NCBI GenBank assembly: GCA_963752285.1
Contig: CAVVXN010000002.1
Location: 448,001 to 512,000 of the forward strand
Reading direction: 5' to 3'
Length of the DNA stretch: 64,000 nt
Source of the DNA: an uncultured Planctomycetota bacterium
Lineage (GTDB): Bacteria; Planctomycetota; PLA2; JAEUHO01
The notes under the pieces were generated by a model, which did no database searches, was not told the DNA's origin, and saw only the letters and a program-made list of their open reading frames with translations. Below, one piece after another: positions 1-10,292 of this stretch; the first letter of the stretch is position 1; each line of letters begins with the position of its first letter. Position numbers and translations under genes: made by a program.

Positions 1-28
1 TCCGTTCGGCGCCGGTCTTGCGGGCACA

Positions 29-1054
29 ATGTGGGCGATGCCGTGGCTGGAACGGACGTACGCCGACCTCTCGCGCCCCCTCCAGGCGTTCACGTTCGTC
101 GTGGACGCCGTCGAGGCGGGACGTCGGCTCGACGCCCTCCTCTCCGCCCACTACCCCTGGCGCAGCCGGACGCACTACCAGGGCATGATCGCGCGGGGCG
201 AGGTCCGCGTGGACGACCGCCCGGCGAAGCCCGCGACCCGGCCGCGGCGCGGCCAGACCGTCGTGGTGCGTCTGCCCGTGGACCCCGCCGCGCCGTCCCG
301 CGAGTCGGCCGACGGCCTTCGCTTCCTCTACGAGGACGAGCACCTCGCCGCCGTGGACAAGCCGAGCGGCATGACCGTGCACCCGGCGGGCCGCACGCGC
401 CACGGGACGCTCATCAACAAGCTGCACGCGCGGTACCGTTCCGACGACCCGGCCCGGGACGTCGTGCCGCGTCTGGGCCACCGCATCGACCGTGACACGA
501 GCGGGGTCGTGCTGGTCGTGAAGAACCGCCCCGTGGACGCGCTCGTGACGGATGCCTTCACGGAACGGCGCGTCGAGAAGACGTACCTCGCGATCGTCTC
601 CGGCGTGCCGCGGGAGAGGCAGGGGTCGATCGACGCGCCCCTCGGTCCCGATCCCGAGGGCGGGACGCAGCTCGCGATGAAGGTCCGACCCGACGGCCAG
701 GCCGCGCGCACGCGCTGGCACGTCGAGCGCGCGTTCTCGCGGCACGCCCTGCTGCGCCTCGAACCGCGGACGGGCCGGACCCACCAGATTCGCGTGCACC
801 TCGCGCACCTCGGCCATCCGATCGTCTGCGACCATCTCTACGGAGACCTGCGTCCGCTGCTCCTCTCGGACGCCGACCCGCGCGTGGACGTGAGGGACGA
901 CCGCGTGATCCTGGAGCGACTCGCGCTCCACGCGCACCGGATCGAGCTCGACCACCCGGTCACGGGCGCGCGGCTCGTGATCGAGAGCCCCTTGCCCGCC
1001 GACCTCGCCGCCGCGGTGGACGCCCTCGCGGGGATGGCCGGAGCGCGCTCGTGA
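29..1054 (+). CDS. RluA/RluD-family RNA pseudouridine synthase
   Basis: S4-like N-terminus (GRRLDALL), DKPSGMTVHP, HRIDRDTSG with catalytic Asp, TGRTHQIRVHL, LALHA motifs; start may be the ATG at 38. Confidence 0.93.
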   Translation: MWAMPWLERTYADLSRPLQAFTFVVDAVEAGRRLDALLSAHYPWRSRTHYQGMIARGEVRVDDRPAKPATRPRRGQTVVVRLPVDPAAPSRESADGLRFLYEDEHLAAVDKPSGMTVHPAGRTRHGTLINKLHARYRSDDPARDVVPRLGHRIDRDTSGVVLVVKNRPVDALVTDAFTERRVEKTYLAIVSGVPRERQGSIDAPLGPDPEGGTQLAMKVRPDGQAARTRWHVERAFSRHALLRLEPRTGRTHQIRVHLAHLGHPIVCDHLYGDLRPLLLSDADPRVDVRDDRVILERLALHAHRIELDHPVTGARLVIESPLPADLAAAVDALAGMAGARS

Positions 1055-1818
1055 CGTGGACGCGCGCGCTCCGCACGCGCCTTCGGCGCATCGCGCGGGG
1101 GCAGGCCGACGAGCCGCTCCGCGTCCTCGAGGGACCCCGCGCGGTCCACGACGCCCTCGCGGCCGGCGTCGTGCGAGAGGTGTGGGTCGCGAGCGATCTC
1201 GAAGACGTCGCGCTGGGCACGATTCGCGCCGCCGCGGGACGCGTGGGCCTCGAGGTCGGCGTCGCGCCGCGCCGCGACATCGAGCAGGTGGCGGGGACGG
1301 TCACGCCCCAGGGCGTGCTCGCGCTCGTGTCCGACGTGGCCCGGCCGCTCGCGGAGGTCGTCGCACGCGCGGGCCACCTGGTCTGGCTCGACGGCGTGCA
1401 GGACCCGGGGAACGTCGGCGCAATCGTCCGCGTGGCGGCCGCGTTCGGCGCGGAAGGGCTCGTCGTGGGCGGCGGGACGGCCGATCCGCTCGGCGCGAAG
1501 GCGCTCCGCGCGTCCGCGGGTCTCGCGCTCCGCGTGCCCTTCGCGCGGGCCGAGGGGGCCGACGCCGCCCGCGCGTTCGCCGACGCGGGCGTGCCCGTGT
1601 GGGTCCTGGAACGCGGGGGCGACGACCTCCTCCGGGTGGACCGGGCCCCCGCCCGGCTGGTGGTCGCGATCGGCGCCGAGGGCCAGGGGCTCTCCGACGC
1701 CGAGCGGCGCGCGGCCTCGCGGCGCCTGGGGATCCCGATCGCCGAAGGCGTGGACTCGCTCAACGCCGCGGTGGCCGCGGGCATCGCGCTGGCGCACCTC
1801 GCGCGGAGGCGCGCGTGA
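1051..1818 (+). CDS. TrmH/SpoU-family RNA methyltransferase
   Basis: LDGVQDPGNVGAIVR, IGAEGQGL, IPIAEGVDSLNAAVA SPOUT motifs; GTGA overlap with upstream gene. Confidence 0.92.
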   Translation: MTWTRALRTRLRRIARGQADEPLRVLEGPRAVHDALAAGVVREVWVASDLEDVALGTIRAAAGRVGLEVGVAPRRDIEQVAGTVTPQGVLALVSDVARPLAEVVARAGHLVWLDGVQDPGNVGAIVRVAAAFGAEGLVVGGGTADPLGAKALRASAGLALRVPFARAEGADAARAFADAGVPVWVLERGGDDLLRVDRAPARLVVAIGAEGQGLSDAERRAASRRLGIPIAEGVDSLNAAVAAGIALAHLARRRA

Positions 1819-2774
1819 CCCCGGCGGCCGGCACGGAGGCCGCGGGTGTTCTCACCGCGAGGGTCGTCCGCCTCGACGCGCGCGGGTGTCTCGTCCATCT
1901 CGACGTGCCGCTCCCGGGCCTCTCCGACGACGGCCGCGCACTCTGGTGCGGGGTGCGCGGGACGATCCATCTCCGGGACCGGCGCGGTCAAATCTCGCCC
2001 CTCGCGGTCGGCGACGTCGTGGACGTGATCCGCTCGTCGGACGACCGGGGCGCGGTCGTCGGGATCCACGCGCGCACGAGCACCCTGTCGCGCCCCGCCG
2101 TGGGGCGAGCGCACCTGGAGCACGTGGTCGCGGCGAACGTGGACCAGGTGTTGATCGTCGGCTCCGCCTCGGATCCGGACTTCAACCCCGGTCTCGTGGA
2201 CCGGATCCTCGCCGTCGTCGAGTTCAGCGATCTCCAGGGGATCGTCGTCGTCAACAAGATGGACCTCGTCGCGCGCGAGCCGGAGGTGATCGGGACGTAC
2301 CGCGCGCTCGGCTACGGGGTCCTCGGGACGAGCGCGAGGACCGGCGTCGGCCTCGAGGCGCTGGACGCCACGCTTCGCGGTCGGAGGACCGTGGTCTGCG
2401 GCCACAGCGGCGTCGGCAAGTCGTCGCTCTTGAACGCGCTCCGGCCCGGGCTGGGCCTCCGGGTGGGCGATGTGAACGAGACGACGCGGCGGGGGCGCCA
2501 CACGACGACGGCGGCGGTGTGGGTCCCGTACGACGGCGGCGCGGTCGTGGACACGGCGGGCGTGCGCGAGTTCGGCCTCTTCGGGATCCCGCGACGCGAC
2601 GTGCCCTGGCTGTTCCGCGACCTCGCCGCGGTGGCGACCGGCTGCCGGTACCCCGACTGCCTGCACCTGGAGGAGCCGGGCTGCGCGGTGGGCGAGGCGG
2701 TCTCGTCGGGTCGCGTCGCCGCGTCGCGCTACGCCTCGTACGTCCGAATCGTGACGGCCCTCGACCCCGTCTGA
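1815..2774 (+). CDS. rsgA: Ribosome small subunit-dependent GTPase A
   Basis: Circularly permuted GTPase: AANVDQV, NKMDL, GHSGVGKSSLLN, GRHTTT, DTAGVREF, C-terminal CRYPDCLHLEEPGC zinc finger; GTG start overlaps upstream TGA. Confidence 0.95.
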   Translation: MTPAAGTEAAGVLTARVVRLDARGCLVHLDVPLPGLSDDGRALWCGVRGTIHLRDRRGQISPLAVGDVVDVIRSSDDRGAVVGIHARTSTLSRPAVGRAHLEHVVAANVDQVLIVGSASDPDFNPGLVDRILAVVEFSDLQGIVVVNKMDLVAREPEVIGTYRALGYGVLGTSARTGVGLEALDATLRGRRTVVCGHSGVGKSSLLNALRPGLGLRVGDVNETTRRGRHTTTAAVWVPYDGGAVVDTAGVREFGLFGIPRRDVPWLFRDLAAVATGCRYPDCLHLEEPGCAVGEAVSSGRVAASRYASYVRIVTALDPV

Positions 2775-2793
2775 CGACGCGTCCCCTCCCGCG

Positions 2794-4128
2794 TCACGTC
2801 TCGATCGCGCGGACGCGCCCGGCGAGGCGCACGCTGCCGCTCGCGAGGACGAGACCGTCGGGACCTGCGAGGTCGCGCGCGCGGGCGAGCGCCGACCCGA
2901 CGTCGGGCGCCGTCTCGACGGGGACGTCGGTCCGGCGCCGGCACACGGCCGCGACCTCCTCGGCCGACCGCGCGCGCGGCGTCTCGAGCGTGGTCGCGAC
3001 CACGGCGAACGCGCCCTCCAGGAGCGGGCCGAGCACGCCCTCCGCGTCCTTGCCCTGGAGGAGCGCGGTCACGAGTACGCGCCGCCTCCCGGGCCACGCC
3101 GCGCGGACTGCTTCCGCCGTCGCGCGCGACGAAGCCGGCGTGTGCGCGCCGTCGGCCACCACGAGAGGCGCGCCGGCCCGGCCGGGGAGCGGCTCCAGCA
3201 CGCCGGGGAGCGTGATCGCCGACATCGCCTCCACGAAGGTCGTGGTCGGTACGCCCACGGCCCGCGCCAGGAGGAAGGCGAGCGCCGCGTTCTCGCCCTG
3301 GTGCGCGCCCGCGATCGGCAGCGCGAGGTCCACCGTGGCGTCCGCGGCCTCGAGACGCACGCGCGTCACGGGACCGGGGGACGTCACCGACGAGCCGACG
3401 CGGACGTCCCGACCCACCACCTCGAGCGGCGCGCCGACCTCGACCGCGCGCGCCTCGATCACCTCGAGCGCGACGCCGCGCGCCGACGTCGCGGCCCGGA
3501 CGCCCGCCTTCAGGATGCCCGCCTTCTCCGCCGCGATCTGCTCGATCCGGTCGCCGAGGATCTCGGTGTGCTCGCGCTCGATCGACGTGATGCCCGTCAC
3601 GCGGGGCGCGCACGCGTTCGTCGCGTCGAGACGACCGCCGAGGCCGGTCTCCAGCACGACGCTCCGGCAGCCGCGTTCGCGGAAGATCCACCACGCGATC
3701 CCGGTCACGAGCTCGAAGAAGGTCGGCGCGGTCTGGCTGTCGAGCGTCCGCGCGACGTGCGGTAGGAGCGCGGTCGCCGCCTCGGCCCACTCGGCTTCCG
3801 TCGTCGGGACGCCGTCCACCGCTACGCGCTCGGTCAGGTCCGCGAGGTGGGGCGAGGTGTAGAGCCCGACGGGACCGCGTCCCGCGCGCTGGAGCGCGAC
3901 GGCGACCATGCGTACCACCGAACCCTTGCCCTTGCTGCCCGCGACGTGCACCGTCTCGACCCCGAGGTGGGGGTCGCCGATCGAGGTGAGCATCTCGTGG
4001 ACACGGTCGAGACGCCACGGCGGCCGATCGGGAGGTACGACGCGCCGTTCCTCCCAGTTCGTGGCGCGCGCGAGGAGGGCCTCGAGGTCGTCCCGGTCCT
4101 CGATCGACTCGGGCAGGCGCGCGCTCAC
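2794..4128 (-). CDS. folC: Folylpolyglutamate synthase/dihydrofolate synthase
   Basis: HVAGSKGKGS, YTSPHL, TFFE, LETGLGGRLDATN, IAAEKAGI, DGAHT motifs. Confidence 0.93.
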   Translation of the reverse strand: MSARLPESIEDRDDLEALLARATNWEERRVVPPDRPPWRLDRVHEMLTSIGDPHLGVETVHVAGSKGKGSVVRMVAVALQRAGRGPVGLYTSPHLADLTERVAVDGVPTTEAEWAEAATALLPHVARTLDSQTAPTFFELVTGIAWWIFRERGCRSVVLETGLGGRLDATNACAPRVTGITSIEREHTEILGDRIEQIAAEKAGILKAGVRAATSARGVALEVIEARAVEVGAPLEVVGRDVRVGSSVTSPGPVTRVRLEAADATVDLALPIAGAHQGENAALAFLLARAVGVPTTTFVEAMSAITLPGVLEPLPGRAGAPLVVADGAHTPASSRATAEAVRAAWPGRRRVLVTALLQGKDAEGVLGPLLEGAFAVVATTLETPRARSAEEVAAVCRRRTDVPVETAPDVGSALARARDLAGPDGLVLASGSVRLAGRVRAIET

Positions 4129-4203
4129 GGGCGCCGGTCGGTGGCGGGCCGCGTGCTATCCTGGCCGGCGGCCCGCCGCACCCGCCCCTCGAGACTTCGA
4201 ACC

Positions 4204-5742
4204 ATGCTCGAACCCCAACCGACGGAGCGGCAGTCTACCGCGACCTCACAGGCCCGGATGTGGTCGTACCTGGCGGGAATGCTCGTCCTGGCCGCCGTGA
4301 TCCTGGGCGCGACGCAGCTCAGCAGGACCAAGTGGGGGAGCGACAAGCTCCCCATCGCGGCCCTGTCTCCCGACCAGGCTCCGCAACCGCCGGAGCGCAT
4401 CGACGTCACGAAGATCCCCGCCGCCGACGACGACGTGGCACACGCGCGCTGGTCGCCGGCGCTCGACGACGTCGTCGAGATGGGCCGCCGCGACTACTCG
4501 GCGTTCGGCGAGCGCATCGAGACCGGCGAGCTCGCCAAGCTGCCCTTCGCGGAGGCCCGCGGGCGGGTCTTCGAGGTCGAGGGCACGATCGACGCCATGA
4601 CGGCGGAGGTCCGGGGCGAGGGATCCCTGCTCTGGGTCGTCGTCCTCGACGGCGCGGACGGACAGCGGGTTCTCGCCCTCACGACCGCGTTCGCCTCCGA
4701 CCCGAACCAGGGGCGTCCCGAGGACGCCATCGCGAACACGACGGAGTACCTCGAGGTCGGCGACCGGGTCATCGCGCGCGGCATCTACCTGCAGCGACGC
4801 ACGGGCACGTTCGCCGGTCAGATCCTGAGGAAGGCGGCGCCGGTCCTCGTCGCCACGCCTTCGGGCGCGGCGTTCAAGAAGGTCTTCCTGCCCGAGGCGC
4901 CCATCTCCGACCCCGGCGCTGCCGACTGGAGCGAGGTGAAGGACCGTTTCCTCGGCGACACGCAGCGCATCTCCGAGTCGGCCCTCTTCCAGATGATCGC
5001 CTGGGCGCGCCGCCAGGGGCACGACGCGATCGCGAAGGACATCCGCGACGGCAAGCTCCACGCCGAGATGTGGGACCAGGACGTCTTCGACCGCTGGTCG
5101 AAGGAGGTCTCCGAGACGTCCTCGGACGTACCGCGACCCTTCACGAAGGAGGCGCGCGGCAAGCTCTGGCGGACGCGCGGGCTCGTGGCGGACGTGATCC
5201 ACCAGGGCTGGACCACGACCCCTCGCCTCGGCAGCTCCTGGGGCGTCAACGAGCTCGACATCCTGGACCTCTACAGCGACAACTACGGGAACAAGGTCAT
5301 CCGGACCATCTCCGCGTTCCCGTTCTCGGCCTATCACGGGCTCACCGGAAACCCCGAGCAGCACGTCGAGATCTACGGGTACTTCCTCAAGAACTACACG
5401 TACGAGACGCCCCACGTGAACGAGCAGGGCGACACGGTGATCCTGACGATGCCGCTCTTCATCGTGGTGGACGCGCGCCTTTTCAATCCGCCGCCCTCCG
5501 TGTACCGCTCGCTGATCTGGTTCATCAGCGCGGGGATCCTCGTGCTCGCGGTCCTCTTCTACTTCGTCCTGATCCGCGGCGAGCGGCGGGAGGCCGCACG
5601 GATGGACGCCTACCGGACGGGTCTGAGGCGGCGCATCCGCGCGCACGCGAAGGAGGCGGCGGCCGGCGAGGCGATCGCGCCGGGCTCCGTCCAGGCGCCG
5701 CCGGCCGACGAGCCGCCGTCCGGGGAGGGCGCGGGCCCGTGA
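4204..5742 (+). CDS. Hypothetical membrane protein, two TM helices flanking a soluble region with two OB-fold-like repeats
   Basis: TM WSYLAGMLVLAAVILGA and LIWFISAGILVLAVLFYFVLI; repeated RGRVFEVEG..RGIYLQ / RGKLWRTRG..YGYFLK pattern; coupled to aroB. Confidence 0.7.
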   Translation: MLEPQPTERQSTATSQARMWSYLAGMLVLAAVILGATQLSRTKWGSDKLPIAALSPDQAPQPPERIDVTKIPAADDDVAHARWSPALDDVVEMGRRDYSAFGERIETGELAKLPFAEARGRVFEVEGTIDAMTAEVRGEGSLLWVVVLDGADGQRVLALTTAFASDPNQGRPEDAIANTTEYLEVGDRVIARGIYLQRRTGTFAGQILRKAAPVLVATPSGAAFKKVFLPEAPISDPGAADWSEVKDRFLGDTQRISESALFQMIAWARRQGHDAIAKDIRDGKLHAEMWDQDVFDRWSKEVSETSSDVPRPFTKEARGKLWRTRGLVADVIHQGWTTTPRLGSSWGVNELDILDLYSDNYGNKVIRTISAFPFSAYHGLTGNPEQHVEIYGYFLKNYTYETPHVNEQGDTVILTMPLFIVVDARLFNPPPSVYRSLIWFISAGILVLAVLFYFVLIRGERREAARMDAYRTGLRRRIRAHAKEAAAGEAIAPGSVQAPPADEPPSGEGAGP

Positions 5743-6827
5743 CCGAGGCCGCGACCGTCCGCCGCGACCGCGTCCGCCTCGCGGGCCGGGACACGGACGT
5801 GGTCCTCGGCGCGGGCGTCCTGGGCGGCCTCTTCGGCGAGGTCCGGTCGCGCTGGCCGCGTGCGGAGCGCGTGGGCCTCGTGATCGACCGCACGGTGGAC
5901 GCCCTTTGGCCGATCGAGGCGCCGCCCGGCGGGCCCACGGCGCTGCGCGTGCTCGCGCCGGCGGGCGAGGCCGCCAAGCGGCGCACGGTGCTCGCCGAGT
6001 TGCAGGACGCGCTGCTCGACCTCAGACGGGACGAGCCGGTGATCGTGGTGGGGGGCGGCGCGGTGCTCGACGCCGCCGGGTTCGCCGCGGCCACCGTGCG
6101 ACGCGGCCTCCCGTGGGTCGCCGTGCCGACCACGGTGGTCGGGATGGCGGACGCCGCGGTGGGCGGGAAGGTGGCGGTAAACCACCCGCGCGGCAAGAAC
6201 CTGCTCGGGACGTTTCATCCGCCGGCCCTCGTCCTCGCGGACGTCGCGTTCCTGGACACGCTCGACGACCGCGATCGCGTGGCGGGGCTGGCCGAGGTCT
6301 ACAAGGCGGGTCGCGTCGGCGACCCCGATCTCGTGGCGCGCCTCCGCCGCGGCGTCCCCGGCGACGCGGCCGCCTACGCCGAGGTCCTCGCCCGCGCGGT
6401 GGCCGTCAAGGCCCGCCTCGTCGAGGCGGACGAGCGCGACCACGGCGCGCGCCGCGCGCTGAATCTCGGGCACACGCTCGGTCACGCGCTCGAACGCCTC
6501 GTCTCGAACGAGCGGCTGCGGCACGGCGAGGCGGTCGCGATCGGCATGGCGTACGCGGCCCGTCTCGCGCTCGCGCGGGACCGCGTCGGCGCGGCCTGGG
6601 TGGCGCGTCAGGACGAGGACCTCGCGCGCCTCGGGCTGCCGACGGCCCCGCCGGGCGGTCTGGACGCGGCGGACGTCCTCGAGGCGATGGAGGTGGACAA
6701 GAAACGCCGGCCCGGCGCGCGGCACGTCCTCGTGCTCCCGCGCGCGGCGGGGGGCGTGGACGTCGTCGAGGACGTGGTCGAGGTCGAGCTCGTGGCGGCG
6801 TGGAAGGCGCTGCTGGCCGTGGCCTGA
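5739..6827 (+). CDS. aroB: 3-dehydroquinate synthase
   Basis: GEAAK, GGGAVLDAAGFAA, VPTT, DAAVGGKVAVN, KNLLGTFHPP, LNLGHTLGHALE, HGEAVAIG, DKK motifs; GTG start at 5739. Confidence 0.95.
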   Translation: MTEAATVRRDRVRLAGRDTDVVLGAGVLGGLFGEVRSRWPRAERVGLVIDRTVDALWPIEAPPGGPTALRVLAPAGEAAKRRTVLAELQDALLDLRRDEPVIVVGGGAVLDAAGFAAATVRRGLPWVAVPTTVVGMADAAVGGKVAVNHPRGKNLLGTFHPPALVLADVAFLDTLDDRDRVAGLAEVYKAGRVGDPDLVARLRRGVPGDAAAYAEVLARAVAVKARLVEADERDHGARRALNLGHTLGHALERLVSNERLRHGEAVAIGMAYAARLALARDRVGAAWVARQDEDLARLGLPTAPPGGLDAADVLEAMEVDKKRRPGARHVLVLPRAAGGVDVVEDVVEVELVAAWKALLAVA

Positions 6828-6842
6828 CGGGCGCCGGCCCGG

Positions 6843-7619
6843 CTACGCCCCCTGGACCTCGCGCCGCCACTCCGCCTGGTCGCGGATGAAACGCTCGAGG
6901 TCCTGTCGGTCCTGGTCGGAGATCTCCTCCCAGTCCACGCGTACCGCGAGCACGCGGTTCTCGTTCCCCGCGTCCTCGAAGACGCCGACCTCGCGGACGC
7001 GCGCGTCCATCTCGAAGTACCGGTCCTTTACGACGAAGGGCTGGCGGAACTTCAGCTTGAGCAACGTGCCCACGCCGACGTTCAGCTCGACGGGGTCCAG
7101 GTTGGACGCCGCCTCGTAGTGGAAGAGGATCCCGTCCTCGTACAGGGAGACGATCCGTCCCACCTGGTTCGGCGCCTCGTCCGCGCCCTCCTCGGCCCGG
7201 AGTCGGAAGATCACGGGGACCTCGCCCTGGAGCGCCTCGTCGGACTCGGTGCCCTCGAGCGCGAGCTGGGCCACGTCGGCGCCCTTCTTGAAGTGGAGGA
7301 TCGCGTCCTCGACGGTCTCCGCGAGCGGGAGGATCCCCTCGACGCCGTACGTCTTGATCGTCTTCCGCACGAACTTGCTCGGGCGGGCGAGGACGAGGCC
7401 GCCGCCCTTCTCCGCCAGGACCTTGCGGAGCCTCAGGATGTAGCCGAACGCCGAGGAGTTGAGGAACGTGAGCAACCGGACGTCGAAGACGAACCGGACG
7501 TCGCCGCTCTGGATCCAGCGCTCCATCCGCTCCGTGAAGCCCGGCAGGTTGAACGCCTCGAGCTCCCCCGTGAACTTCAGGATGACGATCTCGTCGTAGC
7601 GCTTCTTCTCGAGCTTCAT
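6843..7619 (-). CDS. STAS (anti-anti-sigma) domain protein with C-terminal PilZ-like domain
   Basis: N-terminal FDVRLLTFLNSSAFG STAS signature; C-terminal beta-rich region ending AVRVDWEEISDQDRQDLERFI typical of PilZ folds. Confidence 0.7.
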   Translation of the reverse strand: MKLEKKRYDEIVILKFTGELEAFNLPGFTERMERWIQSGDVRFVFDVRLLTFLNSSAFGYILRLRKVLAEKGGGLVLARPSKFVRKTIKTYGVEGILPLAETVEDAILHFKKGADVAQLALEGTESDEALQGEVPVIFRLRAEEGADEAPNQVGRIVSLYEDGILFHYEAASNLDPVELNVGVGTLLKLKFRQPFVVKDRYFEMDARVREVGVFEDAGNENRVLAVRVDWEEISDQDRQDLERFIRDQAEWRREVQGA

Positions 7620-7731
7620 GCCGCGGCCTCCCCCTCCGGGCCGACCCCGGGGGCCGGCATGGTAGCCCGACCCGCCCGGGGGGACACCCGACCCGACGCC
7701 GCGCCGTCCGCGGGGTCCCCGCGGGGCCCCA

Positions 7732-8733
7732 TCAGAGCTTGGCGACCGACGCCAGGGCCTGCTCGATCACCTGGGCGGTCTGGACGCCCTCGGCCTCGCC
7801 CTCGAAGTTCAGCACGATGCGATGACGGAGCGCGGCGTGCGCGACGTCGCCCAGGTCGTCGCGGGAGACGGCCGCGCGCCCGTCCGCGAGGGCCATGACC
7901 TTGCCCGCGAGCGCGAGCGCCTGGGCCGCGCGCGCGCTGGCCCCGTAGCGCACGAAGCGGCGCGCCAGGGGGACCGCGCCCTCCGCGTCAGGCCTCGTGG
8001 CGTGCACGAGCCGCGCGATCCAGTGCCGGGCGCGATCGCCGAGAGGCACCTGCCTCGTGAGCGCACGCATCTCGACGACCCGGGGCCCGTTCATGACCGG
8101 GGTGACGACCGGCAACGCCTCGGCGGTGGTGCGGTCGAGGATCCGTTCGATCTCCTCGACGCTGGGGCTCGCCACGACCGCCTTCAGGAGGAACCGGTCG
8201 AGCTGCGCCTCGGGGAGGGGGTACGTGCCCTCCATCTCGACGGGGTTCTGCGTCGCGAGGAGCACGAAGGGGTCCGGCAGCGGAAACGTCTGGTTGCCGG
8301 CCGTGACCTGCCGCTCCTCCATCGCCTCCAGGAGCGCGCTCTGCGTCTTGGGCGTCGCGCGATTCACCTCGTCCGCGAGGACCACGCTGGCGAAGACGGG
8401 CCCCGGCCGGAAGTCGAACTCGCGCCGGCCCTCCGACTCGTGGACGAGCCACGTGCCGAGGACGTCCGCCGGCATGAGGTCCGGCGTGCACTGGATGCGC
8501 CCGAACTCCAGGTCGAGCGCGCTCGCGAGCGTGCGGACGAGGAGCGTCTTCCCCGTCCCCGGGACACCCTCGAGCAGGAGATGCCCGCCCGCGAACAGGC
8601 AGAGCAGGGTGTCGCGAACCGCCTCCGCGTGGCCCACGATCACGCGTCCGACGGCCTCCTCCAGAGCGTGGAAGTCGCCGGCGTACCGCGCGACCTCGCG
8701 TGCCGCGTGCTCGACCTCGCTCGACTGCGCCAT
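7732..8733 (-). CDS. MoxR-family AAA+ ATPase
   Basis: GHLLLEGVPGTGKT, RIQCTPDLMPAD, LADEVNRATPKTQSALLEAM, ATQNPVEMEGTYPLPEAQLDRF. Confidence 0.95.
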   Translation of the reverse strand: MAQSSEVEHAAREVARYAGDFHALEEAVGRVIVGHAEAVRDTLLCLFAGGHLLLEGVPGTGKTLLVRTLASALDLEFGRIQCTPDLMPADVLGTWLVHESEGRREFDFRPGPVFASVVLADEVNRATPKTQSALLEAMEERQVTAGNQTFPLPDPFVLLATQNPVEMEGTYPLPEAQLDRFLLKAVVASPSVEEIERILDRTTAEALPVVTPVMNGPRVVEMRALTRQVPLGDRARHWIARLVHATRPDAEGAVPLARRFVRYGASARAAQALALAGKVMALADGRAAVSRDDLGDVAHAALRHRIVLNFEGEAEGVQTAQVIEQALASVAKL

Positions 8734-8761
8734 GACGCCTCCCCCGGTCCCGCTGGGGCCG

Positions 8762-10177
8762 TTACCCGACCTCGTCCAGCGCGCGGGCGCGGAACCGGAC
8801 GCCGAGCACGTCCTCGGCCAGACGTCGGCACGCCTCCACGTCCACGCCTTCGAGGCCCTCGATCGCCGTCGCGACCACGTCGATGCCGGCGGCCTTCGCG
8901 GACCGGATCCACGCGAGCATCGGGGTGAAGCCGTCGGGCGAGAACGCCGAGGGGCAGTGCCGCTCGAACGTTTCGCGGTCCTGGGCGTTCAGGCTCACGG
9001 ACGCGACGTCGATCAGCCCCGCGAGCTCGGGCGCCGTGGGGCGCTTGTGGATCAGGTCGGCGTGCCCGTTCGTGTTGAGGCGCGTGCGGCCCCCGGCCTC
9101 CTTCACGCGGCGCGCGACCTCCTTCACGACCTCGAGCCGGAGCGTCGGCTCGCCGAACCCGCAGAACACGACCTCGGGCGGGCGGGACGGGTCGCCCAGC
9201 GCGTCGAGGATCTCGGCGACGGTCGGGTCCTTCGGGCGTCGGAGGTCGTAGCCCTTCACCTCGTACGCGTCCCAGGTCCGCGGGCAGAAGGTGCACCGCG
9301 CGTCGCACGCGTTCGTCACGTTCACGTACGCGGTGCCGCGGATGAGGTAGACGGGCGGGCCGTCCGTCTCCTCGCCGGGCAGCCGGAAGAGGGACCGCGC
9401 GTTCCGGGTCGTGATCCGTCGGACGTCCGCCTCCGAGAGTCCCTTCACCGCGGCCAACGTCTTCGCGACCTCCGCCACGAACGACGGCTCGTTGCGGTGC
9501 CCGCGATGGGGCACCGGTGCGAGGAAGGGCGCGTCCGTCTCGACGAGCGCCCGCTCGACGGGGACCGCGGCGGCCGAGGCCCGCACGCCCTCGCCCTTGG
9601 GGAACGTGAGGATCCCGGACCAGGAGACGTAGAAGCCGAGCGCCACGAACCTCGCGGCGAACGCCGGGTCGCCCGTGAAGCAGTGCATCACGCCCCGGAC
9701 GCCCGGCGTGGACTCGATGGTGCGCGCCACGTCCTCGTACGCGTCGAGGCGCCCCGGCTGGTCGCGCACGTGGACGATCACCGGCAGGTCGAGGTCCCGC
9801 GCGAGGGCGGCCTGCCGGGCGAAGGCCCGGCCCTGGCGCGCGCGGTCCACACGGTCGCGGTAGTAGTCGAGGCCGGTCTCGCCGACGGCCACGAAGCCGC
9901 CCTCGCGGACGAGGGCCTCCAGCTCGTCGAGGGCCGCGGCGTCGTCCGGGGGCACGTCGTTCGGGTGGATCCCCGCCGTCGGGTAGAGACCCGTCCGCTC
10001 GCGGCAGAGCGCGAACGCGCGTCGCGCGTCCGAGACCCCCGTGGCCACCACCAGCGCCTGCCGCACGCCCGCGGACGCCATGCGGGACAGCACCGGGTCG
10101 AGGTCGTCCTGGAAGTCGTCCCAGGTCAGGTGGCAGTGCGAGTCCACGAGGTCGGGGAGGGCGCCGTTCTCGGCCAT
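8762..10177 (-). CDS. TatD-family hydrolase fused to TatD-associated radical SAM domain
   Basis: DSHCHL, GIHP, VGETGLDYY, HCFTG, ETDAPFLAPVPHRG.RNEP, then YVNVTNACDARCTFC (CxxxCxxC) and EVVFCGFGEPT; ATG at 10177. Confidence 0.92.
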   Translation of the reverse strand: MAENGALPDLVDSHCHLTWDDFQDDLDPVLSRMASAGVRQALVVATGVSDARRAFALCRERTGLYPTAGIHPNDVPPDDAAALDELEALVREGGFVAVGETGLDYYRDRVDRARQGRAFARQAALARDLDLPVIVHVRDQPGRLDAYEDVARTIESTPGVRGVMHCFTGDPAFAARFVALGFYVSWSGILTFPKGEGVRASAAAVPVERALVETDAPFLAPVPHRGHRNEPSFVAEVAKTLAAVKGLSEADVRRITTRNARSLFRLPGEETDGPPVYLIRGTAYVNVTNACDARCTFCPRTWDAYEVKGYDLRRPKDPTVAEILDALGDPSRPPEVVFCGFGEPTLRLEVVKEVARRVKEAGGRTRLNTNGHADLIHKRPTAPELAGLIDVASVSLNAQDRETFERHCPSAFSPDGFTPMLAWIRSAKAAGIDVVATAIEGLEGVDVEACRRLAEDVLGVRFRARALDEVG

Positions 10178-10292
10178 CGGGCCACGGTACCCCGACGCCG
10201 GCGGGGCGAGGACGTCGGGCGGCGCGTGCCGTAGACTCGGCGTCCGCGCGCCGCCGAGGTGGCCGCTCGCGCGACCGAGGAGCCGGGACGCC

